DNA from: Hyphomicrobiales bacterium
Lineage (GTDB): Bacteria > Pseudomonadota > Alphaproteobacteria > Rhizobiales > Beijerinckiaceae
Length of the DNA: 55,639 bases
Direction: 5' to 3'
NCBI GenBank assembly: GCA_027489275.1
Contig: JAIYAB010000019.1
Span: 1 to 55,639 of the forward strand
The position numbers and the translations under genes are program-made. The notes beneath the pieces were generated by a model. The model was not told where the DNA came from, made no database searches, and saw only the letters and a program-made list of their open reading frames with translations. Positions 19,541-29,751 of this stretch are shown piece by piece (position 1 is the first letter of the stretch; each line of letters opens with the position of its first letter).

Positions 19541-20431
19541 ATGAGACACCAACCTGCCGGCTTGATCGACAGGACGTTCCCCTACTGGAGCCTATTGCCG
19601 GCGGTCGTTGTCTTCATCGTCCTGTCGCTCTATCCGCTCCTCAACCTGCTGATGATGAGCGTATCGACGTACCGGTTCGAGGGCGGTGTCGAGCACACCA
19701 CCTTCGATCCGATGGCGAACCTGCGGTACTTCGGCGAGGATCCGGGCTTGCGACCGGCGATCGTCAATACGCTGATCTTCGTGTTCGTCGCCGTCTCGCT
19801 CGAACTCGCCATCGGGCTGGCCCTGGCCATAACGGTGTCGCGGGTCTCCCGTTACAAGGGCCTGATCCGGACGCTGATCATCCTGCCGATCCTGGTGCCG
19901 CCGGTGGCAATCGGCAGCATGTGGCGGCTGATGTACAATTACGATTTCGGCGTCTTCAACCAGTTCCTGTCCGTGTTCGGACTGGGTCCGGTGAACTGGC
20001 TGGGCGACGGACGCTTCGCGCTGGCATCGGTCATCATGGTCGACGTGTGGCACTGGGTGCCATTCATTTTCCTGATCCTGTTCGCAGCGGTGGAAGGCCT
20101 GCCATCCGACGTCGTCGAGGCGGCGCGGATCGACGGGGCGCGGCAGGCGCAGGTCACACGCTACATCGTCCTGCCGCTGCTGCGGCCCGCGATCGCTGTC
20201 GCCTTCACGTTCCGCGCAATCCTCGCCTTCAAGACCTTCGACGAGGTATTCCTCCTGACCTCCGGCGGGCCGGGCACGGCCACGGAACTGATCAGCCTCC
20301 ACCTCTACAAGGTGTTCTTCGCACAGAACAACCTGGGCTACGGGGCGATGCTGTCCGTCACGGTGATCCTGATGGTGGTGAGCTTCCTGCTCGTGTCGCG
20401 CCGCGCGACGCAGGGCGGAAAGGAGGCCTGA
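19541..20431 (+). CDS. CUT1 ABC permease (MalF/UgpA-like)
   Basis: DVWHWVPF, EAARIDGA, FKTFDEVFLLTSGGPG; alternative start 19526. Confidence 0.93.
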   Translation: MRHQPAGLIDRTFPYWSLLPAVVVFIVLSLYPLLNLLMMSVSTYRFEGGVEHTTFDPMANLRYFGEDPGLRPAIVNTLIFVFVAVSLELAIGLALAITVSRVSRYKGLIRTLIILPILVPPVAIGSMWRLMYNYDFGVFNQFLSVFGLGPVNWLGDGRFALASVIMVDVWHWVPFIFLILFAAVEGLPSDVVEAARIDGARQAQVTRYIVLPLLRPAIAVAFTFRAILAFKTFDEVFLLTSGGPGTATELISLHLYKVFFAQNNLGYGAMLSVTVILMVVSFLLVSRRATQGGKEA

Positions 20432-20432
20432 C

Positions 20433-21251
20433 ATGGGACGCCTTTCGCTCTTCCAGCGCATCTTCCTCGCCGGCACGCTCGCGATGGTCGTGGGTCCGTT
20501 CCTCTGGATCCTGATGAACTCGTTCAAGTACCAGATCGATATCTACCAGGGGACGTGGATCTTCGAGCCGACGCTGACCAGCTACATGGACGTGCTGTTC
20601 AGCCGGCGTTCGCAGTTCACGAACAACCTGTGGAACAGCGTTGTGGTGGCAAGCATCAGCACGATCGTCGCGCTGACCCTGGGAACCCTGTGCGCCTACT
20701 CGCTCCACCGGTTCCGCTGGTCGAAGTGGGTGTCGGGAGGCATCCTGGCCTGGCTGCTGCTCTTCCACATGATTCCGGTGATCACGCTCGTGGGTCCCTG
20801 GTATCTGATCTTCAGACACCTCGGCCTCTACGACACGCTGACGGGCCTGGTGCTCACGCATGTCACCATCAACTTGCCGATGACCATCTGGCTCATGATG
20901 GCGTTCTTCGCCGAGGTGCCGAAGGAGATGGAGGAAGCGGCGCAGGTCGACGGATGCACCCGCGTCCAGGCGTTCACCCTTGTCGTCCTGCCGGTCGTCG
21001 TGCCGGGGCTCATTGCGGCCGGCGTCCTCAGTTTCGTCTTCAGCTGGAACGAATTCGCCATCGCGCTCAATCTCACCTCGCGCGCGACCGCGACCGTGCC
21101 GGTGGGGGTCGCGAAATTCGCGCAGGACTTCGAGATCCAGCACAGCCAGATGGCGGCAGCCTCCATCGTAGCCACCATCCCGGCGATCCTCATCATGTTC
21201 TTCGGTCAGCGTTTCGTCGTGCGCGGGTTGACGCTGGGTTCAGTGAAGTAG
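20433..21251 (+). CDS. CUT1 ABC permease (MalG/UgpE-like)
   Basis: EEAAQVDG, FVFSWNEF, GLTLGSVK C-terminus. Confidence 0.94.
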   Translation: MGRLSLFQRIFLAGTLAMVVGPFLWILMNSFKYQIDIYQGTWIFEPTLTSYMDVLFSRRSQFTNNLWNSVVVASISTIVALTLGTLCAYSLHRFRWSKWVSGGILAWLLLFHMIPVITLVGPWYLIFRHLGLYDTLTGLVLTHVTINLPMTIWLMMAFFAEVPKEMEEAAQVDGCTRVQAFTLVVLPVVVPGLIAAGVLSFVFSWNEFAIALNLTSRATATVPVGVAKFAQDFEIQHSQMAAASIVATIPAILIMFFGQRFVVRGLTLGSVK

Positions 21252-21262
21252 GTCGGAGCGCC

Positions 21263-22327
21263 ATGGCAGCCGTCGACATCCGCAACGTCGCAAAGTCCTT
21301 CGGGGCCCTGTCGGTGATGAACGACGTGAATCTCTCCATCGAACAGGGGGAGTTCATCGTCCTGGTAGGCCCGTCGGGCTGCGGCAAGTCCACGCTTCTG
21401 CGCATCATCGCCGGGCTGGAAGAGGCCTCGCGCGGGGACATCGTGATCGCCGGCCAACGAGTCAACGACCTCGAGCCGCGCGAGCGCGACATTGCCATGG
21501 TGTTTCAATCCTACGCGCTTTATCCGCACATGAGGGTTGAGGCGAACCTCGACTTCAACATGCGGCTGAGAAAACGCCCGAAGCCGGAGATAGAGGCCTC
21601 GGTGAAGACGGCGGCAGGCGTGCTCGGTCTCGACACCCTGCTGGAACGGTTCCCACGGCAACTCTCAGGCGGTCAAAGGCAGCGCGTAGCGATGGGTCGC
21701 GCCATCGTCCGCCGCCCGCAGCTCTTCCTCTTCGACGAACCCCTGTCGAACCTCGATGCCAAGCTGCGCGTGCAGATGCGCGCCGAGATCCGAAAGCTAC
21801 ACCTGGAGATCGGCGCCACGTCGATCTACGTAACGCACGACCAGGTCGAGGCGATGACGATGGCCGACCGGATCGTCGTGATGAACAAGGGCAATGTCGA
21901 GCAGGTCGGCTCTCCGCTCGAACTCTACGACAAGCCCAGCACGCTCTTCGTGGCCGAGTTCATCGGCTCTCCGTCGATGAACTTCTACCGCGGCACGGTG
22001 GGGCCGGATTGCAAAATTCGCACGCGTGCCGGCGCCGTCCTGCCGCTGTCGCCGGCGTGCCGGGCGCTCGCCGGCCAGGAGGTCGTGGCAGGAATCCGTC
22101 CCGAGCATCTTTCGATCACCGACGAGGGGCCCATCGCGACACAGGTCGTGCTTGTCGAGCATCTGGGGCCGGAAACGTTCGCCTACATGGAGGGCGAGCA
22201 GGGCCTCGTCTGCGTCCGCCTGCCGAGAGATGCAAGCCCGGTCCGCGGCAGCGCAGTGCGTCTTTCCGTGAGCCCGCAAGACGTGCATGTCTTCGATTCC
22301 GAGACGCAGCGGCGGCTCATCGACTGA
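21263..22327 (+). CDS. CUT1 ABC ATP-binding protein (MalK/UgpC-like)
   Basis: GPSGCGKST, MVFQSYALYPHM, LSGGQRQR, DEPLSNLDAKLR, C-terminal TOBE domain; GGAG RBS. Confidence 0.96.
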   Translation: MAAVDIRNVAKSFGALSVMNDVNLSIEQGEFIVLVGPSGCGKSTLLRIIAGLEEASRGDIVIAGQRVNDLEPRERDIAMVFQSYALYPHMRVEANLDFNMRLRKRPKPEIEASVKTAAGVLGLDTLLERFPRQLSGGQRQRVAMGRAIVRRPQLFLFDEPLSNLDAKLRVQMRAEIRKLHLEIGATSIYVTHDQVEAMTMADRIVVMNKGNVEQVGSPLELYDKPSTLFVAEFIGSPSMNFYRGTVGPDCKIRTRAGAVLPLSPACRALAGQEVVAGIRPEHLSITDEGPIATQVVLVEHLGPETFAYMEGEQGLVCVRLPRDASPVRGSAVRLSVSPQDVHVFDSETQRRLID

Positions 22328-22329
22328 CC

Positions 22330-23247
22330 TCAGTCGTAGGCGACGCGGAAGCCGACATGCCCGGTCGACGTGTTGGGGTGTCGACCGAGCCGTGCGGCGA
22401 TGCGATAACGGTAGCAGTAGCTGATGTGACAGAGATAGGAACCGCCCTTCATCACGCGTTCCATCTCGGCGGCTGCCTGCCGGTCCCGATCCTTCCCAGC
22501 CCGTGTGAGGGATCGGGTGCGGAAAGGGTCCTGGCACCACTCCCACACATTGCCCACCATGTTGAAGAGACCGTCCGGGCTCGGTGCGAAGGAATCGACC
22601 GGAGCAGTCCCGGCATAGCCGTCGGCAACGGTGTTCAGATCGGGAAACCGCCCCTGCCAGATGTTGCAGAGCGTCCGCTGGTCGTCCGGCTCCTCGTCGC
22701 CCCAGGGAAACCGCCTGTCAGCGGCACCACCGCGGGCAGCATGTTCCCACTCCGCCTCGGTCGGCAGTCGCCCGCCGCACCACTGCGCGAAGGCCCTCGC
22801 GTCGTTCCACGAGATGTGGACGGCAGGATGGTTCTCGCGGCCCGCGATGGTGGACTCGAAACCTTCCGGGCGACGCCAACAGGCCCCGTCAATCTTGCGC
22901 CACCAAGGCGTATCGATGGGCGCGGGAGCGCTCAACCGCTCATCGAGGAACGTCTGGAACACGAAGCTCCAGCCGAACTGCTCGGCCTCCGTTACGAACC
23001 CGGTCGCTTCGACAAAACGCGCGAAGCGCGCGTTCGTGACGGCATGACGTTCGAGCCCGAAGGGCTTCAGGCGAACCGGTCGCCGCGGGCCCTCCCCGTC
23101 CGGCTTGAGCGCAGGTCGATCCGTGCCGATGAAGCTCGGGCCTCCTTGGAAGCGCACGACATCACCCGCGGCAGACGGGTCGGCCACAACCTCGGAAAAG
23201 GTCGCCGACGGGGCGGCGGGCGGGTCGGACTTGGGACAGCATGTCAT
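22330..23247 (-). CDS. Formylglycine-generating enzyme (SUMF1/FGE, sulfatase maturation)
   Basis: RLPTEAEWEHAARGG, MVGNVWEW and catalytic KGGSYLCHISYCYRYR with both Cys, which separates true FGE from non-catalytic FGE-fold proteins. Confidence 0.93.
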   Translation of the reverse strand: MTCCPKSDPPAAPSATFSEVVADPSAAGDVVRFQGGPSFIGTDRPALKPDGEGPRRPVRLKPFGLERHAVTNARFARFVEATGFVTEAEQFGWSFVFQTFLDERLSAPAPIDTPWWRKIDGACWRRPEGFESTIAGRENHPAVHISWNDARAFAQWCGGRLPTEAEWEHAARGGAADRRFPWGDEEPDDQRTLCNIWQGRFPDLNTVADGYAGTAPVDSFAPSPDGLFNMVGNVWEWCQDPFRTRSLTRAGKDRDRQAAAEMERVMKGGSYLCHISYCYRYRIAARLGRHPNTSTGHVGFRVAYD

Positions 23248-23363
23248 CGGCGCGGCGATCCGGAGGCGGAGCAGACGTGGTTATCGATCGGCTGCACGGC
23301 CAAGGCAAATGCCGAGGCGCCGGCCATGACATCGTTCCAGGAATGGCAGGCCGGGGTTCGCGA

Positions 23364-23380
23364 CATTCCGGTGCGCTATG
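23364..23380. promoter_or_regulatory. LysR box CATTCC-N5-GCTATG upstream of the sulfatase operon
   Basis: T-N11-A dyad 73 bp upstream of ATG 23453. Confidence 0.55.
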
Positions 23381-23452
23381 GCGGAAGGAACTGAAAGTCA
23401 TTTCCCGCAATGGCTCGCGCTGCCTAACGTAGGGGCCTCAGGAGGATGGTCC

Positions 23453-24832
23453 ATGCGCAAGCCCAATGTCATCGTGTTCTTCACGGACCAGCAGCGCTTC
23501 GATACGACCGGCCTCCACGGTAATCCGATGGGCCTGACACCCAACTTCGACCGTTATGCCCGCCAGGGCACGCACCTTTTCAATTCGATCACCGTCCAGC
23601 CGCTCTGCGGCCCGGCGCGCTCCTGCATGCAGACAGGACGGTTTGCGACACAGACGGGTTGCTGGCGCAACCACATTCCGCTTTCGCAGGACGCCGAGAC
23701 GCTTGCCAAGGTCTTCAACCGCAATGGCTACCACACCGGCTACATCGGCAAATGGCACCTGGGATCAGGCGATCCCGTGATGGCGCCCGAGCGTGGCGGA
23801 TATCGGTCCTGGCTCGGCGCCAACCTGCTCGAATACTGCTCGGACGCGTATGACGCCGTGCTCTTCGATGAGGACGGTCGTCGTCGCAAGCTCCCGGGTT
23901 ATCGCGTCGATGCGCTGACGGACGAGGCGATCCGATTCTGCGACCGGCATCAGCAGGAACCGTTCTTCCTGTTCATGTCTTTCCTGGAGCCCCATCACCA
24001 GAACCACCTCGACAACTACCCGCCGCCGATCGGGCGTGGAGTGGACACGGGACACTGGGTCCCTCCGGATCTCGTCGCGCTGAAGGGCACGAGCCCGCAG
24101 CACTTGCCCGGCTACTACGGCATGGTTCGGCGCCTCGACGAGGCGTTTGGCCGCCTGATGGATGCGTTGATCAGCCTCGACCTCGTGGACAATACGATCG
24201 TGCTGTTCACATCCGACCACGGCTGCCATTTCAAGACGAGGAACGGAGAGTACAAGCGCTCCTGCCATGAGAGTTCCGTGCGCGTGCCGACGATGATTAC
24301 GGGCCCGGGCTTCATCGGCGGCGGCGAGGTGCGCCGGCTGTTCAGCACGGTGGATGTCGCCCCGACGCTGCTCGACGCGGCCGGCATCGCCGTACCGGAA
24401 ACAATGACCGGCCGCTCGATCATGCCGGTCGTTCGCGACGGCCGTGCGCCGTGGCGTGACGAGGTGTTCATCCAGATCAGCGAGTCCGAGACCGGGCGCG
24501 CTTTGCGCACGCAGCGTTGGAAGTATTCGGTGACAGCGGCCTATGACGAGGCTCAACAGCGCGCCGACGTCTACCGCGAGGCCTTTCTCTACGACCTCGA
24601 CAATGACCCGTGCGAACTCGTCAACTTGGCAGGAATGTCGACCTTTCGCGCCGTGGCTGATGACTTGAAGGCGCGGCTGTTGTGTTGGATCGAGGATGTC
24701 GAGGGTGCCCGCCCTGCGATCATCAATGCGGCCGGGACGGACGCCCTCCAACTCATACCGGCGAAGGGCGACGGCATCCCTTCCGAACGGCTTGGGATTG
24801 ACCCGTACAAGAGCCCGTTGCTGCATTTCTAG
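23453..24832 (+). CDS. Cys-type sulfatase (formylglycine-dependent), no signal peptide
   Basis: FTDQQR, signature LCGPARSCMQTG, GKWHLG, TSDHG; GGAGG RBS. Confidence 0.94.
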   Translation: MRKPNVIVFFTDQQRFDTTGLHGNPMGLTPNFDRYARQGTHLFNSITVQPLCGPARSCMQTGRFATQTGCWRNHIPLSQDAETLAKVFNRNGYHTGYIGKWHLGSGDPVMAPERGGYRSWLGANLLEYCSDAYDAVLFDEDGRRRKLPGYRVDALTDEAIRFCDRHQQEPFFLFMSFLEPHHQNHLDNYPPPIGRGVDTGHWVPPDLVALKGTSPQHLPGYYGMVRRLDEAFGRLMDALISLDLVDNTIVLFTSDHGCHFKTRNGEYKRSCHESSVRVPTMITGPGFIGGGEVRRLFSTVDVAPTLLDAAGIAVPETMTGRSIMPVVRDGRAPWRDEVFIQISESETGRALRTQRWKYSVTAAYDEAQQRADVYREAFLYDLDNDPCELVNLAGMSTFRAVADDLKARLLCWIEDVEGARPAIINAAGTDALQLIPAKGDGIPSERLGIDPYKSPLLHF

Positions 24833-24903
24833 ATCGGGCGGCGCGCATCAGCCCAAGCACATTTCGAGCCGTCGAGGCCGATGAACCTTATCGCGAAAAT
24901 GCC

Positions 24904-26322
24904 ATGTCGATGTCCCAGCGGCCCAACGTCATCTTCCTGATTGCGGACGACCACCGCTTTGAGTCGATCGGCATCAACGGATGTTCGGCGGTCCGGACAC
25001 CTCATCTCGATGCGCTGGGACGACGCGGCACGATTTTCGACCAGGCGCATTGCCAGGGCAGCATGCACCCGGCCGTTTGCGTGCCGAGTCGTGCCTCGCT
25101 GATGACGGGGCGCAATATCTTCGCATCCTCCTGCAATCCGACCGCCGACGACTACACCACCGGCCAGGCGGAATGCCCGGCCTTCACCATTCCGGCGGAC
25201 CTGCCGACGTTTCCGCAACGCCTGCGCGAAGCAGGATACGTGACCCACGCCATCGGCAAATGGCACAACGACCGCGCCGCATTCGCGCGCTCGTTCTCAT
25301 CGGGCGATCGGATCTTCTTCGGCGGGATGAGCGACCACGACAAGGTTCCGCTCAACGCCTTCGACCCGACCGGCGTCTACGCAACCGGCGACATCCGCCA
25401 CGAGGACGGCCTGTCCACCGACCTGTTCGCTGACGCGGCTCGCCGCTTCCTCGGCGCTCATGGCGGGGGAGCACCGTTCTTCCTCTATGTCGCGTTCACC
25501 GCGCCGCACGATCCGCGCACCCCCCCGCCCGAGCACGTGGTATCGCCGGAGGCAGTGACGTTGTCTGATAACGTCCTGGCGTGCCATCCCTTCGACAACG
25601 GGGATGCTCTGGTGCGGGACGAGACACTGGAGTCCTTTCCGCGTTCCCTTGAAGCCATTCGCCGGCACGTGGCCGACTACTACGGCATGATCGCCCACCT
25701 CGATGCGGCTATCGGGTCCATCCTCTCAACTGCCGACGGTATGGGACTGCTCGAGAACACGGTGGTCGTCTACACCGCCGATCACGGGCTGGCGCTAGGC
25801 CAGAACGGGCTGATGGGAAAGCAGAACCTCTACGAGCACAGCCTCCACGTGCCGCTGATGATGGCCGGCCCCGGCATCACGCCGGGCCTGCGCGTGCCGC
25901 ATCTCGTCTGGCACGCCGATACGCGCGCGACGATGCTCGACATCGCCGGGCTCGACGTCGAAGAGTCGTCGGACGGGCAGAGCCTGAGAAAACTCCTGCA
26001 GGGCAACTACCAGGCCCCCCGTGACACGTTCTGTGCAGCCTACAGAACGAGCCAGCGGATGATCCGGACCAATCGCTACAAGCTGATCCGCTACTATCCG
26101 TGGAGCCTGTTCGATCACCCCGCGACCGAGGGTTATCCCGTCCCGACTCCCGGTTCCAGCGTTGAGCAACTCTTCGATCTGCAGGAGGATCCGGGCGAAA
26201 TGGTCAATCTCGTGTGGCGCGGCGATCTTCAGCCGCTTCGCCGGCAGTTGGCATTGCAACTCGAAGACTGGCAACGTCGCAGCGGTGATCCTTATGCCTC
26301 GCGAATGATTTCGTCCCCATAA
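24904..26322 (+). CDS. Cys-type sulfatase, no signal peptide
   Basis: IADDHR, VCVPSRASLMTG, GKWH, TADHG, GKQNLYE. Confidence 0.94.
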   Translation: MSMSQRPNVIFLIADDHRFESIGINGCSAVRTPHLDALGRRGTIFDQAHCQGSMHPAVCVPSRASLMTGRNIFASSCNPTADDYTTGQAECPAFTIPADLPTFPQRLREAGYVTHAIGKWHNDRAAFARSFSSGDRIFFGGMSDHDKVPLNAFDPTGVYATGDIRHEDGLSTDLFADAARRFLGAHGGGAPFFLYVAFTAPHDPRTPPPEHVVSPEAVTLSDNVLACHPFDNGDALVRDETLESFPRSLEAIRRHVADYYGMIAHLDAAIGSILSTADGMGLLENTVVVYTADHGLALGQNGLMGKQNLYEHSLHVPLMMAGPGITPGLRVPHLVWHADTRATMLDIAGLDVEESSDGQSLRKLLQGNYQAPRDTFCAAYRTSQRMIRTNRYKLIRYYPWSLFDHPATEGYPVPTPGSSVEQLFDLQEDPGEMVNLVWRGDLQPLRRQLALQLEDWQRRSGDPYASRMISSP

Positions 26323-26340
26323 AGGCAGGCAGGTACGACC

Positions 26341-27528
26341 ATGACCGTAGCAGCGCTAACCGTCGCCTCGGTCTCCGGGTTCCCCATCCCGGTATCGGCC
26401 AAGTCCATGTGGATCATTGTCGAGGTCGCGTTCGCGGATGGGCCCTCAGGGTGGGGCGAGGCCACCTTGTCGGGGGCCGAGGAAGCCGTACTGGCCGAAG
26501 TTGGCCACGCAAATGCCCTGTTGGCAGGGCGTGCCGTCGCCGGTCCGGGAGAGGCCGTGTCCGTCTTGCGTATGGCGCACGCCTCTCTGGCGCGCACGAC
26601 GGTGATGCGAGCAGTCGAGCAGGCCTTTCTCGATGCGCTGGCGCGTCGCGCAAATGTCCCCCTCACGACCCTTCTGGGCGGCCCCGAGCGGCGGACGGTT
26701 CCGGTGTACGCCAACATCAACCGTGGCATTGTAGACCGCTCGCCGGACGGCTTTGCCAAGCGGGCCCAGGAGGTCGTCACCGAGGACGGCTACCACGCTA
26801 TCAAGATTGCACCCTTCGACGGGCTGAACTGGTCGCGCACACCGGAGGCAAAAGCCCGACTCTTGCTAGCTCAAGGCATTACGCGAATCGTGGCGGTCCG
26901 CGATGCGATCGGCCCGGATGTCGATCTTCTCGTCGATTGCCACTCCCGTCTGTCCCCGGTGATGGCTCGCACCGTGTTGCGGGAAGTGGAGCGCTCAGGC
27001 CTGTTTTGGCTCGAGGAACCACTCGACGAAAAGACCTTCGATGCCGAAACCGCGAGGTCGCTGCGCAGCTTCGCCAACGACCGCGGAATCCGGATCGCGG
27101 GCGGCGAACAACTGTCTACGCTTCCCGAAGCGCGGGACTTCCTCGCGCGTGGCGTCTGCGACGCGATCCTGCCGGACCTGCGCTGGATCGGTATCCGCTC
27201 CGGCATGGCCATGCTCGAACTGGCTGACGCCTCGGGGGTCGGCGTGAGCCTGCATAACCCCGTCGGGCCGGTGCTCGACAGGATCAGCTTGCAGGTCGCG
27301 GCAGCACTGCCGGCATTCCTGATCCTGGAACGACAGGTCCGCGAGAGCCCCCTCTTCGACGAGGTTCGCGGTGGCCCGCAGCATCTCGATGACGGCGCGA
27401 TTCCAATCGACGGTTCGCCGGGTTTCGGTGCGCCGCCCGTGCGCGCCGTGATCGAGCGCTATACTGCGCATGAGATTTCGCGCCAGGCCAGCCTCGCCGG
27501 CATGCCGGGCGCGGGCCGTGATGCATGA
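26341..27528 (+). CDS. Mandelate racemase/enolase superfamily acid-sugar dehydratase (DgoD-like)
   Basis: GWGEA, VYAN, KIAPFD, DCHSR, WLEEP, GGEQ, LHNPVGP; metal ligands D/E/E conserved. Confidence 0.85.
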   Translation: MTVAALTVASVSGFPIPVSAKSMWIIVEVAFADGPSGWGEATLSGAEEAVLAEVGHANALLAGRAVAGPGEAVSVLRMAHASLARTTVMRAVEQAFLDALARRANVPLTTLLGGPERRTVPVYANINRGIVDRSPDGFAKRAQEVVTEDGYHAIKIAPFDGLNWSRTPEAKARLLLAQGITRIVAVRDAIGPDVDLLVDCHSRLSPVMARTVLREVERSGLFWLEEPLDEKTFDAETARSLRSFANDRGIRIAGGEQLSTLPEARDFLARGVCDAILPDLRWIGIRSGMAMLELADASGVGVSLHNPVGPVLDRISLQVAAALPAFLILERQVRESPLFDEVRGGPQHLDDGAIPIDGSPGFGAPPVRAVIERYTAHEISRQASLAGMPGAGRDA

Positions 27529-27553
27529 CGCGGCGGCGAACGAGCAGCGCGCG

Positions 27554-27754
27554 TCAGCGGCGATCCTGGTCGGGCCTCCTGTCGCCTCGCTCTGATCCTG
27601 CCTGTTCGCCGGACGGCCGGTCCGACTGCTGCAACGCTCGCGACTTCGGACCGGGACCGCGCATGTAGTGCCTCGCCGGGTCATAGCCGTCAAAGCCCAA
27701 CCGCTTCAGAAGGCTCCGAAACAGGTCGGCGAGGGTTGAGGGTTGGTCCGGCAT
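27554..27754 (-). CDS. Small hypothetical protein with YDPARHYMRGPGPK motif
   Basis: Starts 6 bp after the epimerase-like gene stop; motif recalls conserved Rhizobiales micro-proteins (YRPELHYMRGPGPK). Confidence 0.6.
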   Translation of the reverse strand: MPDQPSTLADLFRSLLKRLGFDGYDPARHYMRGPGPKSRALQQSDRPSGEQAGSERGDRRPDQDRR

Positions 27755-27760
27755 GGCGCT

Positions 27761-28921
27761 TCAGGGATGGTTCGCGCCAGACCGTGACGGGCACTCGGGC
27801 TGGAGCGGAGCCAGCTGACGGATGGCGTGCTCGCACGCGCCGATGGCATCATTGCCGTCTAGCACCTCCACTGCGAGGTCATAGCGGCGCTCTTCGCCCG
27901 ACTGCATCCAGGCGATCTCGCCCTGCTCCATGAGTTCCGAGCGGGTCCCGAAGCGGTTGGTAACCGGCTCGATGCCGAACGCGTAGGTTCCCTCCGCCAA
28001 GCATTGCCATTGCTGCATCCATGGAAGTTGCGACTTCGGCCAGCCGATCCGAACGCCTACGCCCAGACGGCGGTTGACGAGAGCGGTGTTGATCGTGCCC
28101 GCCTGGTCCGCGACGACGCGATGGACGAATACTTGCTGCCCCCCGCCCGGTTGGGGTCCCGCCTGCTGCCAGCAGCCCACGGATTGGGATTCCCGCGGCA
28201 CGCTCGACCAAACCGTCTCGGCCACAGGGGCGAGAAACTCGGAGCCCTCGTCGAGCAGCGGCCAGCCCAGATTGAGATGATAAAGGAGCATGTGCGGCGC
28301 GGCCATGCTCGCCTCGTTGACGAGGCGGTCGGACACGATGAACCGCGACGACCCGGCCATGACCTCGATGCGCCGCCGTAGCACGTAGTGCTCGCTGTAG
28401 AGGAAAGCCTGCCGAACCTCGCCCTCGCACCACAGCAGGAGGTCGCCGTCCGCCGTCCAGTCGGCGCCGTAGCCCACAAGCCTTGCCGGCGTGAGCGCCC
28501 CTCGCCCGTGCAGCGGGTGCAGGATCTCCGAGCGCATCGGTGAACCATAATGGGCAGCGGTTTCGCGGTCGGGCCGGCGGACATGATCGAAGCCGCAGGT
28601 CAGCATGAAGCCGGTGAACGAGCGCATGAGCCCGAGACCGCCCTCGCTTTCCGGGTCATTCAGGGCGCTCGAGCGATAGCCGGCCGCCGACTGCCATGCG
28701 AGCGGCACGCCGCGCCACTCGAGGTCGCCGACGTCCATCCCGCGGTCCACCAGAACGGTGAAGCGCAGGCCGCTGCCAGCCCGGAACTCGAGCATCCGGA
28801 CGCCGCGTTCCGGGCCATCGGCAAGGGTCATCAGGCGCACGCCGCACGCCGTCGAGATGCTCGCGAGCCTGCGCCTGAGCTGTGTCCTGTCGAGGGTCTG
28901 CCCGAAGAGCGGAATACTCAT
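27761..28921 (-). CDS. Aldose 1-epimerase-like protein (DUF4432)
   Basis: GPERGVR, VLVDRGMDVG, FMLTCG, LHGR, LLYHLNLGWPLLD, FGIEP; ATGA overlap. Confidence 0.85.
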   Translation of the reverse strand: MSIPLFGQTLDRTQLRRRLASISTACGVRLMTLADGPERGVRMLEFRAGSGLRFTVLVDRGMDVGDLEWRGVPLAWQSAAGYRSSALNDPESEGGLGLMRSFTGFMLTCGFDHVRRPDRETAAHYGSPMRSEILHPLHGRGALTPARLVGYGADWTADGDLLLWCEGEVRQAFLYSEHYVLRRRIEVMAGSSRFIVSDRLVNEASMAAPHMLLYHLNLGWPLLDEGSEFLAPVAETVWSSVPRESQSVGCWQQAGPQPGGGQQVFVHRVVADQAGTINTALVNRRLGVGVRIGWPKSQLPWMQQWQCLAEGTYAFGIEPVTNRFGTRSELMEQGEIAWMQSGEERRYDLAVEVLDGNDAIGACEHAIRQLAPLQPECPSRSGANHP

Positions 28922-29751
28922 TTCACCGCTCCGGCCGTGAGGCCTTTCACGATGTGACGTTGACCCAGCAGCAGCAACACGACGGCCGGGATTGCGGACA
29001 GCAGCGCACCCGCGGCCATCTCGGTGTACTTGATCTCGAACTCCTGGGCATACTTGGCGATCGCAACGGGCACGGTGGCCGTCGCCTTCTGCGACAGGTT
29101 GAGCGCCACGGCAAACTCGTTCCAGCTGAAGATGAAGGTGAGGATGCCGGCCGCCGCCAGGCCCGGCATCACGAGCGGCAGGATGACGCGAACGAAGAGC
29201 TGCGGGGCGGTCGCACCATCGATCCAGGCAGCCTCCTCCAGCTCGATGGGGATCTCGCGCACGAACACACACATCAGCCACAGCGCCAGCGGCAGGTTGA
29301 GGGTGATGTGGGCGAGCACCAGGCCGGTCATGGTGTTGTCCAGCCCGACGGTGCGGAACATCACGAACCACGGCCCGACCATCGTGATCGGCGGGATCAT
29401 GTGGAACGCGATGGACCAGCCCAGCAGACCGTGAATGAGCCAGGAGGGCGCACGCCGGCGCACGAGCGCATGGGCGCTCAGCGTGGCAACCGCCAGAACG
29501 ATCGCGGTGCTGACGGTTCCCACGATCAGGCTGTTGGCGAAATTGTGCAGGTACTCCGACGTCTTGGTGAACAGCACCTCGTTGAAGTTGGCCAGCGTGG
29601 GTTCGAACAGGAAAGCGCCCGTCAACAGGGCGATCTGCGTCTTGAACGCCGCCGCGGCGATCCAGACGAAAGGGATGAGCACAACGAGCGCCGCGATGAC
29701 GAGCGCACCGTGCGTCGCCACGGTCGGGCCGAGGGTCCTCTGCCGCTTCAT
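28918..29751 (-). CDS. CUT1 ABC permease (MalG-like)
   Basis: EEAAWIDG, FIFSWNEF, GLTAGAVK. Confidence 0.93.
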   Translation of the reverse strand: MKRQRTLGPTVATHGALVIAALVVLIPFVWIAAAAFKTQIALLTGAFLFEPTLANFNEVLFTKTSEYLHNFANSLIVGTVSTAIVLAVATLSAHALVRRRAPSWLIHGLLGWSIAFHMIPPITMVGPWFVMFRTVGLDNTMTGLVLAHITLNLPLALWLMCVFVREIPIELEEAAWIDGATAPQLFVRVILPLVMPGLAAAGILTFIFSWNEFAVALNLSQKATATVPVAIAKYAQEFEIKYTEMAAGALLSAIPAVVLLLLGQRHIVKGLTAGAVK

